A stretch of 64,000 bases of DNA, taken from Eledone cirrhosa (Eukaryota). Position numbers and translations under genes: made by a program. This document shows positions 59,047 through 64,000 of this stretch, piece after piece; the stretch's first letter is position 1, and the number at the start of each line of letters is the position of its first letter. The stretch covers positions 55,118,001-55,182,000 of the forward strand of contig OZ024746.1 in the NCBI GenBank assembly GCA_964016885.1. The letters run 5' to 3'. The notes beneath the pieces are model-generated. The model saw only the letters and a list, made by a program, of their open reading frames with translations. It was not told where the DNA came from and ran no database searches.

Positions 59047-60557
59047 GTAAGTGAGAGAGGGTTAAATGGGGAGAGTATGAGGCATATCGCTTGAAATCCA
59101 CGTAAAATCATAAAGATTTTCTTTCTCTGTATCTTCACGACTCAACACCACAACACGCTACCACCACTACTTAAACCATTACTATTATACACTGTAACAT
59201 TTAGACATCAATGTCATTATACACTGCTATCTCTACATCACCACTACAGATCCTCATTTCTACTACACCCCCACTACACACTACCACTAACTCTCTTTAA
59301 ACATCATCCGAAATATATGCCATCACATCACCACTTTGACTCCACATTGCCATTTCATTTTACCATTAGTTAATCTACTGCCTTTACACATTGCTTTACG
59401 TACAGCCCTTGTATCACAGGCAATACAAAGCAACCACTGCAAGTACACAACGTCATATTCCCTCACATTACAACCAGTAAATCACATCTATACACTATGT
59501 CCTCTATACCGAACACGAAGTCGATACACCATCATATGGATTGGCAGTATCGGATTGGCAGTATCAGTAGAGGGTCGGATGCCATGCATATCTGCATAAA
59601 GCTACGGCCATTTATGGTCTCAGTTCAAATCCTGCCGAGGTTAACTTTGCCTTTCATCCTTACGGAATCGATAAAATAAAGTACCAGTAATGAACTGGGA
59701 TAATTGCTGGCCTTGTGCCAAAAATAGAAACAATTATTTTTGCCTCCAGTACCTCCACCACTAGTATATATCCCAACAAATACTACCACATATATCCTCA
59801 CAGCTATACATCACCAAATGTCAACTTTCCATCACCAACAACCACATCTACACAAACGCCAACATCACAAACTATATACCATTATCTCTACAATAACATT
59901 CACCGAATCTACACGCAACCATATCTACACGCTACCATATCTACACGCTATCACCTATATACATCATTGCTATACCACAAAGAACCAACTGTAAACCACC
60001 AACAGCAACCACCTCTACACCATCACTATGAAACACCTTAGTCCATCTCTACACACTATACTCTCTCTCACAGACAACCAGCAATCTAAGTCTATTTTAA
60101 AAATGACAACTATAATTAGAAATTGATCTGCGGCGAATTGCCAATAAAATAATGTTTGATTGATCTGTGTATGGTTGCAGGTGATCGATACTCTTATCAT
60201 TGGTCAGTGTGAAATTAAATCTCAGAGTTCAAGCTCCTGACCGTTTGACCTAGTACCTTTCACCTCTTCAAGATTAAGTACTTTCATTGAAATGTTGATT
60301 TTAGAACACGTCACTCGTCATTTCCCAGTTAGTGTACTTTGTTTGGGGGATTTGTTTTGTTATAGAAATTATTTAGTCTGCTCTACTGAGACAGTTGACG
60401 TCTCCCACTTGCAAGCTGTTTATCGTAATTTACCAATTAAACACTCACAGAAACACACATCCGCATCTACACAAGTACATACATACACTCATTTCCACAC
60501 ACACACACAACACACACTCACTTGCACACGCCTAAACACTTACTTTTTCTCTATCTC

Positions 60558-60644
<87 letters not shown>

Positions 60645-60927
60645 CTTCAAGAAAATGCTGTATCCACAAATATTTAAAAATGTATTTTAACTAAAGCATC
60701 AAGTTACGCACACCAACACATATTTAATCATACATACAGCAGTGGTGCATCCTTATTGGTAGAGCGACCAAAACATTTCTTTGCAGTGTTTAATTATGAC
60801 TCATTATTTTCTGTGTAAAAAAATATATCTTCGATATATTTCCTCGTTCCGTTGTCCAACACAATAATTTACCACTCAAGTACTGGAGTTTTTATACTCT
60901 ACTTTCTTCTAACAAGAGAACGCGCGC

Positions 60928-61004
<77 letters not shown>

Positions 61005-62329
61005 ATCTACTGTCAGTGTGCTTAAATGAGAAATTGCTTCAGACAAGGATATTTGGATTATCAGAATCGGATGATCACCATGAAAATGATTTGTGTTATT
61101 TAGTTAGGGCTCTTTATTTTCTAAGTTCAAATTCTACCAATGTCAACTTTGTCATTTATTTTCTGGGGTCTATAAAATATATAATTAGTCAGGTATCGAA
61201 AAAATCCTTTTACCCTTCATCTTAAGTTATGAATTATTATTACATCTCATTCTATCAGTCTTACAAAGACATCTAATATGCTCAGCCACCTAACTCCACA
61301 CGATTTAAATATGTGACATATCTTTACTTTCCAAGCCAATTACATTCTCGGGTGATCAAAAAATATTTTCCCCAATCGTGCTTTTTGAAACTCTACCCTG
61401 GAGATTCCTTATTATTGTGTATGGTTTTCCTTTCTATACACCAACCGAATTATTATATATTAGACAAACAGCAACTACGTTACCAAGAAGGACAATAATA
61501 ATTCTACCTGACATGTACAGAAAGTGCCATGTGTTTTAGCCTCTTCCTCTCTTCACCTTATGAATATTAAGAACATCATCATCTGCAGCAGCAATGACAT
61601 CAATAGCGACGAAGACTCCGACTAGACTCCGACTTAAAAAAAAAGAAAGACAACAACATCAACAACTAAAATAGCTTTGGCAAAAAAAAAGCTAGCATCA
61701 AAAGTAACCATAACAAACATCCTGAGGTTGTATTCTCTGTTAAAGAAGATGATAAGCTTCCAGGAACCATGGCCATACCCACCAGTGTCCTTTTCTGAGA
61801 CTTTCTTTTATTGACAGGTGTCCTTCCTGGCGCCAACATGTTTACTCATCATTTACGAGAGACAGGGTAACTATGTACCTAGTATTGCCATGCACAAGAC
61901 ATATATTTTGACTATATCTTTCAGGAAATAAACTATTTTCATTTAATTAATGAAGAATTTCGAGCACTTATCATAGTTAATTGTTTCAGTAATAGGAGAA
62001 TTTGCTATGTGATTCTTACACAAAAATATGTTGGCAGATTTTAATTTAAATTGGAACCCTTTTAACAGGGTGGTTTTGTATCAAAATATTTAAGTACTTC
62101 TCAAAACGGCAACTTTCCGATATAAACTTACATCTTAATCTTATTCAAAATACACAGTAGACTTCACGCACGGTAATATAAACTTTGCTCAAAATTTAAT
62201 CGACAGTATTTAACTATTTGTATTTGAATACTTTTTAATGTTTTGAAGATATTCAGTGTTAATGTACACACAATATAGCACGAATGTAAAAGATGCGATG
62301 GTACACATATACTCCGCTCTACAACTACA

Positions 62330-62790
62330 AATTTTCATCGCCCACATCTTCCTGAGCGGGTTGGTGGGGGAATAATCCTCAAACACTCCCTCCAGCGGGT
62401 CCTGTAAGAAGCAACCGTCGCCAACTGATCAGGCTTTATGCCCAATCGTGAGCAGCCAATTATCGGAGCTGTGATCTCTTATTCGGTAGCGGCTCTACTT
62501 GGTGTGAGACTCTGATCTCCGAGCTATGCACTTTATCGAGTAACGTTACGCCAAAGACCCTTGTGGGAGTCGTACTCCGCCAAAGGTGCATACTGTCACC
62601 TCTCCTGTTCATTATTTATATGAACAGGATTGACATGCGCAGCCGGATCGGAAATGGTGTCTCGACCGGTAGGTGTCAAATCAGTCACCTGGAATTTGGA
62701 GACGACATGGTGTTACTCAAGCTAACAGGAGTTGACCTTCGATTTACACCTCAAAGGTTTGATACCAACTTCGGCATTGCGTAATGAGAA
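62330..62790 (+). mobile_element. RTE-type LINE remnant (UTR-like segment + RT fragment)
   Basis: ORF 62563..62784 GVVLRQRCILSPLLFIIYM...ISHLEFGDDMVLL (QG/SP and FADD motifs decayed). Confidence 0.75.
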
Positions 62791-63493
62791 GAAGGGAGGT
62801 AGCCGTAAAAGCCTAACTAGCTGTTTTCAATTCGGTTTTCGTGCCAACTATAACTTACAAACAATATATATGTTTATGGATACGTATATAGCATACTACA
62901 GCAAAATGTATTTCAATAAAAAGAAAAGAAAAAATGTATGATTGTGCAGAGGGATACACATGTAATATCATGCATTGACTCATGCTGCTGAGTTTTCGTG
63001 GGGGTTTAGGGCTGAGGGTGGTGGTTGTAGCGGCAATTGTGCCTTGTGTTTTGATGTGTTGTGACGGTGGTGGGTGGTTTTGTGACGACTGGATACTAGA
63101 GGTCGTATAGTGGTGTTGGTTGTATTCGATGCCTTATGTGTTGATGTGCGGCTGTTGTATCTGTGGGAATGTTATGGGATTTTTTTTTCATTTGCTGGGT
63201 GTGATGGCCGATGAAATTGAAACTGGAGAGGTTAACGCAGGGCGTGGAGAATTGGACACAATATTGATAATGGAAGGAAAGGAGACGAGTATAGATAAAT
63301 TATCTGAGTGGGTGTAACTAGTGGTCAGGAATGGTTGTCTTTGCAGTAGAGGTAGAAATGGGATACAGAAAGAGGAGCGTGAGTAGGAATGATTTCCTGG
63401 GTTCAATGTAAGACAAATTTATGTGGGAGCAGCATCGTCACACACATGGAAGCACTATTCCTTAGTGCATCTTACGTAATTATTGAAGAGGTT

Positions 63494-63596
<103 letters not shown>

Positions 63597-63844
63597 CTAA
63601 TTGAGTTCTTAACACGCAGGGTTAAAATTGTTGAAAAAATTAATTGACCCACGTGTAAATTATTTTACTTTCTTGTGTTTCGCGATTGCCTCCCTTTTCC
63701 GCTTCGTGACGCTGTGAAATTCCTCATTCTGAGACTGCTGGAATTTCAAATTTGGCGGTCATTATGATGCGTGGAAGGACAATTTGCTGACATGAAAACT
63801 GAGAGTGGTAAGAGATTTTTTCTTATATCAATGTTTGACGGGCA

Positions 63845-63966
63845 TCCACTGATGATTTATAAGTGCCCACCTGCATATGTTCTTACAGAAAAATATGCAG
63901 GCTTCTACATAACCCGGAAACATTCTCCCAACTTGTAGTAAACTTATAATGAAACAATTGTTTGGA
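63845..63966 (+). ncRNA. Second copy of the large-stem-II hammerhead motif
   Basis: tcca-CTGATGA-t ttataagt [two hairpins] acttataa t-GAAA-caattg-tt-tgga. Confidence 0.7.
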
Positions 63967-64000
63967 AAGAGAGATATATTTTAATTTTAATTATATCTCA

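Noticed and set aside
62335-62430. Possible HDV-like ribozyme in an RTE 5' region (also 36720..36960)
   Set aside because: Could not build the full nested double pseudoknot by eye. Needs an RNArobo/Infernal search.

Overview
AT-rich eukaryotic, non-genic DNA. It is probably invertebrate, and its tRNA-derived SINEs resemble cephalopod/octopus SINEs, but that is an inference. No host protein-coding gene could be supported, and most ORFs in the track are (TA)n/(CA)n translation artefacts. The window holds decayed LINEs (two near-full-length RTE-type elements, one R4/Dong-like RLE element, several fragments), SINEs, a 5'-truncated U2 snRNA copy and many Penelope-like element (PLE) pieces with RT and GIY-YIG domains. 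The main hidden structure is a dense set of type I hammerhead ribozyme (HHR) motifs, about 20 motifs in roughly 9 unrelated repeat families. Several have non-canonical cores (C4; U3-A8) or very large stem II insertions. They sit in PLE pseudo-LTRs and in a non-coding retrozyme-like tandem repeat. Many of these repeats are arranged as divergent fold-back inversions within or beside (TA)n tracts. In one case the inverted arm is a captured U2 snRNA. All folds and alignments were done by eye, so coordinates are approximate to a few bases.
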